In this document: positions 9,881-18,279 of the stretch, piece by piece
Position numbering within the stretch: the first letter of the stretch is position 1
Layout: every line of letters starts with the position of its first letter
IMG/VR virus record: IMGVR_UViG_3300021959_000053
Coordinates: 1-55,156 of that record
Direction: 5' to 3' (one strand)
Length of the DNA: 55,156 nt
DNA from: a virus
Taxonomy: Duplodnaviria > Caudoviricetes
Made by a program: the position numbers and the translations under genes
Notes under the pieces: generated by a model
Told to the model about the DNA's origin: nothing
The model's database searches: none
Seen by the model: the letters and a program-made list of their open reading frames with translations, nothing else

Positions 9881-10172
9881 GTTTCTTTAATCCTACATGT
9901 GAGATGTATCTACCTGAGTTTTCTGACAGCCACCTAGCCACCATACGGAGACTGTATTCTGCTAAATACCTTTTAGCTTGCTCAAGCATCTCTAGCTCAC
10001 TAGGTATTGGTTGCAGGATATCAAGATCGTCTGGATCCTGTTCGTATCCAAAGGGTATATGCCTTCCGATACGAACCACTGGATACCATTCTCCTTTTAA
10101 TCCTCTTTTTGGGATTTTCCACGTTTGGTTTGTTTGTTCAGACCTAAACGTTGGAGCTTGTTTTCTTGCCAT
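9714..10172 (-). CDS. Putative DNA-binding protein (resembles serine-recombinase DNA-binding domain)
   Basis: PFGY...LQPIPSELE...YSLRMVARWL pattern; no catalytic resolvase domain. Confidence 0.5.
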   Translation of the reverse strand: MARKQAPTFRSEQTNQTWKIPKRGLKGEWYPVVRIGRHIPFGYEQDPDDLDILQPIPSELEMLEQAKRYLAEYSLRMVARWLSENSGRYISHVGLKKRVNIEETRRRTATTYRVYERRSKEASEKAKKLEENRIGGTGTRVLDADNEDCSES

Positions 10173-10173
10173 A

Positions 10174-10202
10174 CTTATATCACACACACATTAGTTTGTC
10201 AA
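10174..10202 (-). promoter_or_regulatory. sigma70-type promoter
   Basis: TTGACA-17 nt-TATAAG. Confidence 0.6.
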
Positions 10203-10216
10203 TAGTGTTATAACAC

Positions 10217-10846
10217 TTAACGTTTAGTTTGTTCTAAATCTTTTAGTCTTCTAGCTTTCTTCTTTTTATTAGCTTCCATTAACTTACGTGCTTTATCTGC
10301 ACGACTTTCTGTTTTAGCTTTACTTGTAATTTTAGGAGTTTTTTTAGGTTTAATAGTACTTTTTCTAATTTTATCTTTTTCTATCTGTTGTTTAGTTTTA
10401 AATTGAATAAGTCCTCCTGGCATTGTCATAGGAAGACCTTTCTTTTTTCGTTGATCTTTAGACATATTTAACCAGTCTTTATACTTAAGATTTAATATAC
10501 CGTTTTTAGGAGGAGCCTTTTTAACAGGTTTAGCTGAAGTAGAAGAAGAAGCAAACATCTTTGGTTTTTTAGCAGCCTTAGTAATAGCTTTATTGGTTCT
10601 GTTTTTTATAGTGTCTGTGCTAGTCGAACCAATAGCAGGTAATTCAGTTACTTTAATCTTTTCGTCCTTAGGCAAGCCTGGACGAGCTTTTGGTCTTAAA
10701 CTTTTAGCAGGAGCTGCTGTTTTCTTTTTAATGTTAGTCGAGTAAGACTTACCTCTCCAAGGAAACTTACCTCCATCTCCTCCATAATCTTTTCTTGCTG
10801 CAGCAAAAGCCTTACCAAAACTCATCTTATCGTACTTACCAGCCAT
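10217..10846 (-). CDS. Very basic protein with SFGKAFAAAR..G..F.W.GKSYST domain
   Basis: Lys-rich; ATG 10846 with AAGGA RBS. Confidence 0.65.
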   Translation of the reverse strand: MAGKYDKMSFGKAFAAARKDYGGDGGKFPWRGKSYSTNIKKKTAAPAKSLRPKARPGLPKDEKIKVTELPAIGSTSTDTIKNRTNKAITKAAKKPKMFASSSTSAKPVKKAPPKNGILNLKYKDWLNMSKDQRKKKGLPMTMPGGLIQFKTKQQIEKDKIRKSTIKPKKTPKITSKAKTESRADKARKLMEANKKKKARRLKDLEQTKR

Positions 10847-10891
10847 AGTCGTTATCCTTTTATACACATTATTTTAGAAGTTTTTAGATTA

Positions 10892-11200
10892 TTACTCAAA
10901 GTCTAAGTCAGCTTCTCTACAGTCCCAAGCTTGACAAGCTTTTTCTTGACTGCACACAAAGTTAAACTTAGTACAAGCACCTTGATCGGGACTAGCTTTG
11001 ATTGCTTTTAGAGTACGAGCCCGATTGTCAAAGTACTCACAGTTTGAACAAGTCTTAAGTTCTGCAATAGAAACAGGTTTATCCCAAGCTTTTGCTAGCT
11101 CTTTAGTTGAGGCACCATAAAGCCAAAACTCTTCAGCTCTTTTTCTATTTTTATCAGAAACTTCAGGTACTTTAGACCCTATCATCATTCCCATTAACAT
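10892..11200 (-). CDS. Cys-cluster protein (possible Fe-S or Zn binding)
   Basis: CSNC...GAC...C...CQAW. Confidence 0.6.
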   Translation of the reverse strand: MLMGMMIGSKVPEVSDKNRKRAEEFWLYGASTKELAKAWDKPVSIAELKTCSNCEYFDNRARTLKAIKASPDQGACTKFNFVCSQEKACQAWDCREADLDFE

Positions 11201-11222
11201 AATTTATTCCCTGTTGTAGTAA

Positions 11223-11501
11223 CTACCATTTAACTTTGTCAGCCCAATAAGCTGCAGAGAGTTTACCCTTTTTAATATTCTTACCGTGTCTAGCTTTAAA
11301 AGAAGCACGTTTCTTTTTCATTTTAGAAGACTCACCAGACTTAGGTTTACCAGCGGTTTTAGCGCCTTGTTCCCCAAATCTTATCATTTTAATTGTAGAA
11401 CCTTCTTTAGCGAGAACTACGTGAGACTTTTTAGGATGATCAGGAGTTCTTTTGGGTTTGTTGTAACCTGCAAACTTTTCACCTCTGTACTCAATAGCCA
11501 T
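11223..11501 (-). CDS. Conserved basic phage protein
   Basis: IRFGEQG...RASFKARH...SAAYWADKVKW. Confidence 0.75.
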   Translation of the reverse strand: MAIEYRGEKFAGYNKPKRTPDHPKKSHVVLAKEGSTIKMIRFGEQGAKTAGKPKSGESSKMKKKRASFKARHGKNIKKGKLSAAYWADKVKW

Positions 11502-11506
11502 ACTGA

Positions 11507-11878
11507 TTAATCCTCTACTTCTTTTTTAGCAGGTAAAATAAAGAGAGGCTCTGCTGTAGAAACTTCTACTTTTTCTGTCTTAACAAAACCAGCACGATCC
11601 ATAATATCTTTAGCAGCTGACATTCTTTCTTTAGCGCCTAGCATATCCGTGTCACCCATAACTTTGAACATTGTATAGGCTGCTTTAGTTGAGCTTTGAG
11701 CGATAAACTTACGAGTAAGAGCTGCAATCTCATCGACAAGAGAAGCAGTTACTGCAGAAGTAGCTACATTACTTGAGTATCCAGCTAGTTTTTTAGCTTG
11801 CAAAGGATCTCCCTCTGCTTCTTCAAAAAGAACAGATAAAAATAACTCTTGTTTTTCTGTTAATGTTTTCTTAGCCAT
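11507..11878 (-). CDS. Putative terminase small subunit
   Basis: LTEKQELFL...AKKLAGYS HTH, AAKDIMDRAG. Confidence 0.6.
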   Translation of the reverse strand: MAKKTLTEKQELFLSVLFEEAEGDPLQAKKLAGYSSNVATSAVTASLVDEIAALTRKFIAQSSTKAAYTMFKVMGDTDMLGAKERMSAAKDIMDRAGFVKTEKVEVSTAEPLFILPAKKEVED

Positions 11879-12240
11879 TAAATCGACCTCATTGGGTTAT
11901 AAAACTGTCTACCTGAAACAGATACATCAAAAGTTCCAGAGCCTTTGTAAGCTAAGACTTTGTCTCCTTCATGCAGATAAATTCTGTCTGACTCTAGTAC
12001 TTTATAAGAGTCATTACCTCCTACGGAATGGTTACGAAGTAAATGGTGATAAGACGTTCCGTTTGCATGGTAAATCTGTATTGAAATATTACTAGTTGAA
12101 GAACCATTAGTACAAATTAAAAAGTCAACTTCACTGTCGTAGTTAGCTGGAACAGTGTATATTACGTTAGCACTTGCGTCGGCTGATGTAGATGTTATAG
12201 ACACACTACTGAAAAAAGTACTATAAGCAGTATCTAACAT
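11878..12240 (-). CDS. Hypothetical structural protein
   Basis: IYTVP...L.EGD pattern resembling 51068-51376; translationally coupled. Confidence 0.55.
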   Translation of the reverse strand: MLDTAYSTFFSSVSITSTSADASANVIYTVPANYDSEVDFLICTNGSSTSNISIQIYHANGTSYHHLLRNHSVGGNDSYKVLESDRIYLHEGDKVLAYKGSGTFDVSVSGRQFYNPMRSI

Positions 12241-12241
12241 T

Positions 12242-12559
12242 TTACATTCCTCTATTTATATTTATATATTTTATATCATTTTCTAAAAGTGCTACACGTT
12301 GTTTAATAGAGTTAATTTCACCAATAAACATTACTACACCAGAAAGATCACTCCAAACGTCTTCAATTTCTTTTGCATTAGACTGAACGTCACGTTTTAA
12401 GTTAATGTTATCTTCAATAGCCATACGGGAGCCTAGTTCATTTACAGTTTTTTCAAGACTCGCAATAGTAGAAGCTTGCTGGCTTACCCACCAGACCCCA
12501 CCCGACAGCTGCATAGCCATCGCTACCACTAAAGCTATGGGTAGTTTAAGGTTTTCCAT
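12242..12559 (-). CDS. Membrane-anchored coiled-coil protein
   Basis: N-terminal hydrophobic helix followed by heptad repeats. Confidence 0.6.
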   Translation of the reverse strand: MENLKLPIALVVAMAMQLSGGVWWVSQQASTIASLEKTVNELGSRMAIEDNINLKRDVQSNAKEIEDVWSDLSGVVMFIGEINSIKQRVALLENDIKYININRGM

Positions 12560-12942
12560 TATTTTTTACCCATAAACTGTTTAGTACCACGAATACCAAC
12601 TGCTGCTAAACAAACAACGTAGACTAGGTAAGTATACCACTCAGGTAATTCAGATAACCGATCAAAACCATTCTTTACTGTTTCTTCTAAACCAGGTATA
12701 AAACAAAGAATTACTGGTATTAAAACAACAATTGTAACAATCTCGTCTTTAATAGAATTTTGTGTACCCTCTGCCATAATCCGTTCCCAGTCGGCAGTAG
12801 ATGTTTCTTTTGATAAAAGTATTTTAGCTTTGCTTTCGGCTTCTACTAGCTTTAGCTTTGCAGTAGCCGCTGTTTTATCTGCTTTACCCTGTAGCCATGA
12901 TCCTGCTAGGTTAGCTATTGGTCCTATTAGTGCTTGTATCAT
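12559..12942 (-). CDS. Putative holin
   Basis: Amphipathic N-terminus, SIKDE followed by two TM helices, LPEWY. Confidence 0.6.
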   Translation of the reverse strand: MIQALIGPIANLAGSWLQGKADKTAATAKLKLVEAESKAKILLSKETSTADWERIMAEGTQNSIKDEIVTIVVLIPVILCFIPGLEETVKNGFDRLSELPEWYTYLVYVVCLAAVGIRGTKQFMGKK

Positions 12943-13241
12943 TTCTTAGCCTCCATAGCATTGAAGCCAAAGTAAGCAGCAGCAATACCACTAGCACCTA
13001 TTACGTAAACAGCCGCTATGTCTGCTATAAGCTTTGCAGCGGTGTCAAAGCCCGTCACAGAGGCTAATAGTATAACTGCTGGGTACATTATCATACCAGA
13101 AAGAGCAAACCACGTCATACGCCGCTGTGCGTCCCTCTTAGCATCAGCGTCTTCCATTTGTAATCGACGATCTTCAAGCATAAGCTCTCGCTCATGTTCG
13201 TCTATTTTACCATTAGCATTTAAATCGTACTTTTCATTCAT
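12939..13241 (-). CDS. Two-TM membrane protein with EF-hand-like loop
   Basis: DLNANGKIDEHE followed by two hydrophobic helices; start moved to ATG 13241. Confidence 0.6.
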   Translation of the reverse strand: MNEKYDLNANGKIDEHERELMLEDRRLQMEDADAKRDAQRRMTWFALSGMIMYPAVILLASVTGFDTAAKLIADIAAVYVIGASGIAAAYFGFNAMEAKK

Positions 13242-13257
13242 ACTAAAAACCACTCTG

Positions 13258-13728
13258 TTAGTAGTTGCTTTGTCTTTCGCTGTAAAGGTATAGCATAAAA
13301 ATAAATGTTGCTGCTCCACCTAGTAAAAGCAATCCAATTATAAGAGTATTTACACAGTTATCAATAAACTCTTGCTTTCGATAAACTAGTTCTTTTTGTC
13401 TCTTACGTTGCTCACCTTCCATCTTCACAATCTCTTCCCAAGCAGAAGGTCCGTAAGTCCAAGAGATGTGGTCTTTTAACTCTTGACGCATTTCTTTAGC
13501 TTTTTGTTTGTGAGCCCACAACTCCAAAGCATCGCTTTGAGTATCAGAAAACATTTTGTATGCTGGAGGTTTTAACGCACGTTGCTCCATATAGTCAAGA
13601 TCGGACATAGCCTTAGACCACTGACCCACAGTGCCAGCCATGCCATTGATATCCCGACCCACATCGATAGCTTTTTTGATCCCCTGATAGCTGGCACCCA
13701 AGGCTGCCATTATTGTTACAGGGTCCAT
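13258..13728 (-). CDS. Hypothetical membrane protein
   Basis: MDPVT start, C-terminal TM helix. Confidence 0.65.
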   Translation of the reverse strand: MDPVTIMAALGASYQGIKKAIDVGRDINGMAGTVGQWSKAMSDLDYMEQRALKPPAYKMFSDTQSDALELWAHKQKAKEMRQELKDHISWTYGPSAWEEIVKMEGEQRKRQKELVYRKQEFIDNCVNTLIIGLLLLGGAATFIFMLYLYSERQSNY

Positions 13729-13739
13729 TTTGCTGCTTC

Positions 13740-14000
13740 CTATTTAGTCAATTTGTTGTATATTTTACTTTTTAGGCTAGTTTTCTTTTTAGTTTTGGGC
13801 TTTACTAAAGTAGTAGTCTTACTGTCAGGTTTATTAATTATTTTAACTATTTCACCTTCAACTAAATTATCATTATACTGAAAAGTTCCATAGGGGTCCA
13901 TTTGACCTACAACATCACCCCGACTGTTTACAACCATATCAGTAGAAATGAAATAACCAGATTTATTTAACTCTTTTTCAAACTTTTTAAAAGAATCCAT
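13740..14000 (-). CDS. Hypothetical protein
   Basis: 86 aa ORF, translationally coupled to the upstream gene. Confidence 0.55.
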   Translation of the reverse strand: MDSFKKFEKELNKSGYFISTDMVVNSRGDVVGQMDPYGTFQYNDNLVEGEIVKIINKPDSKTTTLVKPKTKKKTSLKSKIYNKLTK

Positions 14001-14314
14001 TACTTATACTTTCTTTGATTAGCAGGGTTAGAAGCACCGCACCTAGCTAAACCACCTTTACTAGCTCTAAATGGTTTTACTTTTTTAGAGATTTTATTAG
14101 GTTGAGCTACAAATTGTTTACCAGCAGATTTTCCTTTTCTTTTAGCTTTTGTTGTAGCTGCATACTCAGAAGAACTTAAAGATTCAATAGCTTTCTTAGG
14201 AAGGTACCTTTCTCCAGTAGCCTTCGGGCCTTGAGTAGACGGTTTACCACTCTTGGTAGTCCACTCTTGCTTACCCCAGTCCTTTAAACTCTTCTGAGAT
14301 TTCTTTAAGGTCAT
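14000..14314 (-). CDS. Basic protein, C-terminal half of a DUF5872-like protein
   Basis: QKSLKDWGKQEWTTK...TGERYLPKKA...GKQFVAQP. Confidence 0.65.
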   Translation of the reverse strand: MTLKKSQKSLKDWGKQEWTTKSGKPSTQGPKATGERYLPKKAIESLSSSEYAATTKAKRKGKSAGKQFVAQPNKISKKVKPFRASKGGLARCGASNPANQRKYK

Positions 14315-14574
14315 CAGGCTTTTCTAACACCTGTGTTGAGGGTACCAGTACTTTTTACCATACCACCAACATTGTAAGTCATAACCTTACCACCCTTAGC
14401 ATAACCTTTTTTCTTCATCATGCCGCCTTTATTCATCTTGCCTTTACCATCCATAGCGTAGGCAGGAATCATTTCACCTGTCATAGGATTTTTCTTCATA
14501 GGCATACCGCCTTTAGCATAGCCCTTTTTCTTCATCATGCCACCTTTAGCATAACCTTTTTTCTTCATTCTCAT
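14314..14574 (-). CDS. Lys/Met/Gly-rich repeat peptide (MKKKGYAKGG x3)
   Basis: Tandem 30-nt coding repeats; coupled start/stop codons on both sides. Confidence 0.7.
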   Translation of the reverse strand: MRMKKKGYAKGGMMKKKGYAKGGMPMKKNPMTGEMIPAYAMDGKGKMNKGGMMKKKGYAKGGKVMTYNVGGMVKSTGTLNTGVRKA

Positions 14575-15251
14575 TAGTCTGTCTCCTGATAAAGATTATT
14601 AAAAACTCTTTGAGTATCCCAAACATAGTCTACATCTTCTTTAGAATTAAACGTATGTTGGTTTGGTTTAAAGTCAGGAGCACCTTCACCTGTTTCAAAC
14701 CAAGCGGGGTGAGTAACTCGTACTCGGTTATTAGGCAATGCAACCATATTGCCTGTGTATTCACCTGCGTCTAACAACTCCAGTACATGAGACTGTTTGT
14801 GTTGTGCAGGATCGTCAGCTACTTCACTGTCTGTGTAGTCTACAGTAAAGTAATACTTAGCGGGGTAAAACTGCCCATCTACTTTAGCTATCCAAGGCGC
14901 TGGGCTTGCTCGTTCTATTTTGTACACTGAGTGCCAGTGCGACATACAATCCCAAGGCTGGGCTAGGTAGGGCGGCAACTCTTTAGGCCACTCTTCGTAC
15001 AGGGTGTCAGCTACTAAGGCTGTCAAAGGCATTCTAGCCCACATTGCTCCACCATGAACATTAGAGTCACCCTCATGGTCAGACTCACATCCAGTAAATA
15101 TTACTTGGAAGCTAAGCGTTCTATTGGGCATTGTAGTTACAGCTACAACTAAGCAGTGTAAAAACTCACCGTGGTACTCTTCCATATTCTTAGTGTATTC
15201 ACGTCTTACCCATGCTTTAAAGTGGGGTATGTTACTTTGTAGGTAGGGCAT
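14574..15251 (-). CDS. Conserved hypothetical protein
   Basis: GGAMWARMP, QPWDCMS, FTVDY, QHKQSHV, ALPNNR motifs. Confidence 0.75.
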   Translation of the reverse strand: MPYLQSNIPHFKAWVRREYTKNMEEYHGEFLHCLVVAVTTMPNRTLSFQVIFTGCESDHEGDSNVHGGAMWARMPLTALVADTLYEEWPKELPPYLAQPWDCMSHWHSVYKIERASPAPWIAKVDGQFYPAKYYFTVDYTDSEVADDPAQHKQSHVLELLDAGEYTGNMVALPNNRVRVTHPAWFETGEGAPDFKPNQHTFNSKEDVDYVWDTQRVFNNLYQETD

Positions 15252-15743
15252 CTACGTGTAGCCCCCACCTTTTGCTTTATAGCGTTTAGCAAGCATCTGT
15301 GCTTTACGCGCTGACCACTGCCCAGGGCTACCACCTTTTCCACCAGCTTTAATAGAGTTAAACAAGTTTTTACGCATAGTTGGGTTTGTGTAGTTGTTTG
15401 CTTTATTAACTGTACTGGTTGAACCACCTTTACTAAATTTAACTTGAGTTGGTGGGTTAGATGCTCCTAAGTTCTTAGCGTACTTCTTAGGATCTTCTTT
15501 ACGAGAAAAACTACGGTTAGTGCTCTTAGGTTTAGCCATTAGGTTAGCAGTAGAGTTATCGGTTGGATTACGGTTCTTGTGATCAACATCTTTACCATCT
15601 CCTTTTGAAACTACACCTTTATCTTCAAGTTTGCGTCTTGCAGCCTTACGAGAAGCATTAGCTGTTTTATTGGACTTGACAGACTTTAACTGTAGGTCAC
15701 GCTCACGTTTATAGTTTCTTTTATAGTTAGGAGAAGAAGCCAT
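15252..15743 (-). CDS. HNH-like domain fused to the N-terminal half of a DUF5872-like protein
   Basis: GDGKDVDHKNRNPTDNSTANL...NRS, then KGGSPGQWSARKAQMLAKRYKAKGGGY. Confidence 0.65.
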   Translation of the reverse strand: MASSPNYKRNYKRERDLQLKSVKSNKTANASRKAARRKLEDKGVVSKGDGKDVDHKNRNPTDNSTANLMAKPKSTNRSFSRKEDPKKYAKNLGASNPPTQVKFSKGGSTSTVNKANNYTNPTMRKNLFNSIKAGGKGGSPGQWSARKAQMLAKRYKAKGGGYT

Positions 15744-15744
15744 A

Positions 15745-16434
15745 CTATTTCTTCTTTTTGTAGTCTTTTGGAGACTTCGTCATTTCAGCTCTTGGGCTTT
15801 TGTCTACAGTCTTAGAAGAAGTTGATTTTTTAAGTTTTGTCTTAGGTTGTTCCCAACTTTTAAAGAATTTTTTATGACGTTCTTCTGCTCTTTGTTCATC
15901 TCTTTCCATTTCCTTTAGAAGTTTCTGGAGACTTTTCTTTCTTATTCTTTCTTTTTCATTAACCATCCTAAGAGTATTGCTAATAATTTTAGGCCGTGGA
16001 GATGTTAAAGGTGCATTTTTAGAAGGTCTTGCCTTAGGTCTTGAAGATGTTTTAGGTGCATTCTTAGTGGCTTTGTTTTTAGAGGGTCTTGGTTTAGGCC
16101 GTGGAGATTCTTTAGGAGCAGATACTGTAGGCTTTGATCTTTCTTCTTTTAGTTTTGTATTCAACTTAGAACCAGCAACTGTTCCTACCCCACCTGCTGC
16201 AACTGTACCTGCTCCAACACCTTTTCTAAGGGTAGAACGAGAGTTACGATTTTTTGCTTGAACAGGTTTTATTTTCTTCTGCCCTGCATTAGGCTTTGTA
16301 ACCATATCCTTCGCATGTTTTTTGCCTTCAGCAATAGCTTTTTTTGTATACTTTTTTGCTGCAGCCTTTAGACCATTTTTTGCAATAAACCGAGCTACTG
16401 TAGCTCCTGCAGCGTAGATTAGGGGTAAAGCCAT
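15745..16434 (-). CDS. Very basic, largely disordered protein with three APxxSxRP repeats
   Basis: ATG 16434 with GAGGA RBS. Confidence 0.65.
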   Translation of the reverse strand: MALPLIYAAGATVARFIAKNGLKAAAKKYTKKAIAEGKKHAKDMVTKPNAGQKKIKPVQAKNRNSRSTLRKGVGAGTVAAGGVGTVAGSKLNTKLKEERSKPTVSAPKESPRPKPRPSKNKATKNAPKTSSRPKARPSKNAPLTSPRPKIISNTLRMVNEKERIRKKSLQKLLKEMERDEQRAEERHKKFFKSWEQPKTKLKKSTSSKTVDKSPRAEMTKSPKDYKKKK

Positions 16435-16438
16435 TTGT

Positions 16439-16576
16439 TTAGTCCTCAAAAATACAATAAGATGTGATAAGTGTTCCAGTTAGTAGTTTAAGGTTTAAAG
16501 GTATAGAAGCAGGATTTGAAAACCAACATCCAAAGCATTTATTGCATGGATTACTTTTGTCAAACCAGCATCCCAT
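16439..16576 (-). CDS. 45-aa Cys-rich peptide (not in ORF track)
   Basis: MGCWFDKSNPCNKCFGCWFSNP...; TAATG coupling to the upstream gene; fills the gap exactly. Confidence 0.5.
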   Translation of the reverse strand: MGCWFDKSNPCNKCFGCWFSNPASIPLNLKLLTGTLITSYCIFED

Positions 16577-16833
16577 TAAACAAGACCACCTTTAATAATA
16601 AACCCTACAATACCAGCAACAAAGCTACCCCCAATAATAAAGAGTAGCCTAGTCATATTAGCATTCATGCTGTCTTGCCCAGCGCGTAGGTACGACAAAT
16701 GGGCCTTTAACTCAATCAATTCTTTTTCTAAACGATGCTGGTCAGTTACACCAACCATCTGCCTGTCAGATATCTTAGTTACATCTGTTCTTAACAGATC
16801 GATATCTTCTTTAACTGATTCAAAATCTGACAT
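16576..16833 (-). CDS. Coiled-coil protein with C-terminal TM helix (holin/lysis accessory-like)
   Basis: Adjacent to endolysin; ATG 16833 with AAGGA RBS. Confidence 0.55.
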   Translation of the reverse strand: MSDFESVKEDIDLLRTDVTKISDRQMVGVTDQHRLEKELIELKAHLSYLRAGQDSMNANMTRLLFIIGGSFVAGIVGFIIKGGLV

Positions 16834-16863
16834 ACGAATTTCCTTGAGTATATCTACCATAAC

Positions 16864-17490
16864 TTAACTAGTCTTTTTAAGCCATCTGTATATTTTATTA
16901 GTTTGATTTCTTCGATCATCTAGACCGTGGTAGCCGCCGTTTACTCTCTTCGTAATCAACTTGATTGTATCATCACTAACACCTTTGTCAGCAATACTAA
17001 ATAAGTTATTTTTATTAAAAAACCACTGAGCTGTTTCAAAAGCGTACTGTTCCTCTACAAGACTAGGATCAGTTAGTACTTGATGTAGCCCCATGTCAGA
17101 AGCAAAAGCTTTATAGTTGTTATGCCCAGTAAGCTGCAAGAACCCACGCCCAATGTACAGGCTGGCTTGCTCTTCAGTCTCATTGCCCATACGTCCAGCA
17201 TAGACCTTACCAGCGAGACCTGATGGGTTCTTAGCGTAGGGTACAGCACTCTCAACAGTTGGGAAACGAGAGGGCCATACAGCCTGGATCCTTTCAGGCG
17301 TAGAGTAGTACAAGCTTTCTTTTGTTCTCTTAAAGCCAGCACTTTCGTGGGACGCTTGGCCCATTAAATGAGCACCACGTTCCGGAGATAGATTGTAATG
17401 TTTAGCAATAGCTCTAGCTGTATTCGGTCCAAATGAACCATCAGCGCCAACTCCAACTTTCTCTTGGAGATTTTTCATTGCTTGGCTCAT
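16864..17490 (-). CDS. Endolysin, glycoside hydrolase family 19 with N-terminal peptidoglycan-binding motif
   Basis: ADGSFGPNT, GQASHES, YIGRGFLQLTGHNNY, ITKRVNGGYHGLDDR. Confidence 0.9.
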   Translation of the reverse strand: MSQAMKNLQEKVGVGADGSFGPNTARAIAKHYNLSPERGAHLMGQASHESAGFKRTKESLYYSTPERIQAVWPSRFPTVESAVPYAKNPSGLAGKVYAGRMGNETEEQASLYIGRGFLQLTGHNNYKAFASDMGLHQVLTDPSLVEEQYAFETAQWFFNKNNLFSIADKGVSDDTIKLITKRVNGGYHGLDDRRNQTNKIYRWLKKTS

Positions 17491-17493
17491 TTG

Positions 17494-17775
17494 TTATTCC
17501 CAATCTCTTACTCTATTTGGATCTTTAACATCAGAAGATGATAACATACCTTCTAGGTACATACATCGTTCCATCTTGTCGAGAGACACCCAGTTACCCG
17601 TATCATTATAGTACTTTTCTCTAACGTAAAACACGTCGCTTCGTGGGATGTGTATTGTTCGTATTTCTTGAATGTCGTCATTGGCTAATGCTTTAAAGAA
17701 ATCTCTTAGAATATCGTCTGAATCAAAGAGATTATCACGGCTTAGCCTAGTGTTGACTTCGTATGGTTGTTCCAT
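17494..17775 (-). CDS. Conserved hypothetical protein
   Basis: HIPRSDVFYVR motif; start moved to ATG 17775 because GTG 17799 abuts the -10 box. Confidence 0.65.
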   Translation of the reverse strand: MEQPYEVNTRLSRDNLFDSDDILRDFFKALANDDIQEIRTIHIPRSDVFYVREKYYNDTGNWVSLDKMERCMYLEGMLSSSDVKDPNRVRDWE

Positions 17776-17800
17776 AAGGTTCTTCTTGTTAATGTCCACA

Positions 17801-17829
17801 GTTATACCACAGGGTAACTGTCAAGTCAA
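17801..17829 (-). promoter_or_regulatory. sigma70-type promoter
   Basis: TTGACT-17 nt-TATAAC with TG extension. Confidence 0.7.
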
Positions 17830-17913
17830 GGGATAAAGTGGAGAGGTTCTAAAAAAGTTACTTTTTCAAGAGTACGGCAAAAAGAAGATCTAAAGAATCT
17901 GAAGGTAACTATA

Positions 17914-17997
17914 AGTATATACTTAAAGTATTACTTTATTAACTATTATTTATTATTATTAATAATAATTACTCTTGATATACTTTAAGTATATACT
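17914..17997. repeat. 18-bp perfect inverted repeat around an AT-rich spacer
   Basis: AGTATATACTTAAAGTAT (17914-17931) / ATACTTTAAGTATATACT (17980-17997). Confidence 0.85.
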
Positions 17998-18006
17998 CTA
18001 AGTATA

Positions 18007-18035
18007 GTTATAGCACCTTTGAGCCGCGATGTCAA
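18007..18035 (-). promoter_or_regulatory. sigma70-type promoter
   Basis: TTGACA-17 nt-TATAAC with TG extension. Confidence 0.8.
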
Positions 18036-18111
18036 TCCTAAATATCTATCTTTTGTGTTATTTAGTGTCTTGACTAAAGAGTTGAAGGTGTTTTAGTTGA
18101 ACTCTAAGTCT

Positions 18112-18140
18112 ATTATACACCATGTTACTTAACGTGTCAA
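18112..18140 (-). promoter_or_regulatory. sigma70 consensus promoter
   Basis: TTGACA-17 nt-TATAAT. Confidence 0.85.
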
Positions 18141-18279
18141 GGCTTTTCTTAGGTTTTAAGTAAGTTTTAGTAGGTTTACATATAAAATAAAGTGGTTTAC
18201 AGTTTGAAAATACTCCCCGCTGTCATTGTGGGTACATATAACGCCCCGAGGTGGGCTGGCCCCTCTAGCGCTGCCTGTA

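Noticed and set aside
9714-10172. Integrase / lysogeny module
   Set aside because: Only a recombinase-like DNA-binding segment is present, with no catalytic serine or tyrosine recombinase domain, repressor or att site seen
14314-14574. CRISPR-like array
   Set aside because: The repeats are in-frame coding units with wobble variation and no unique spacers
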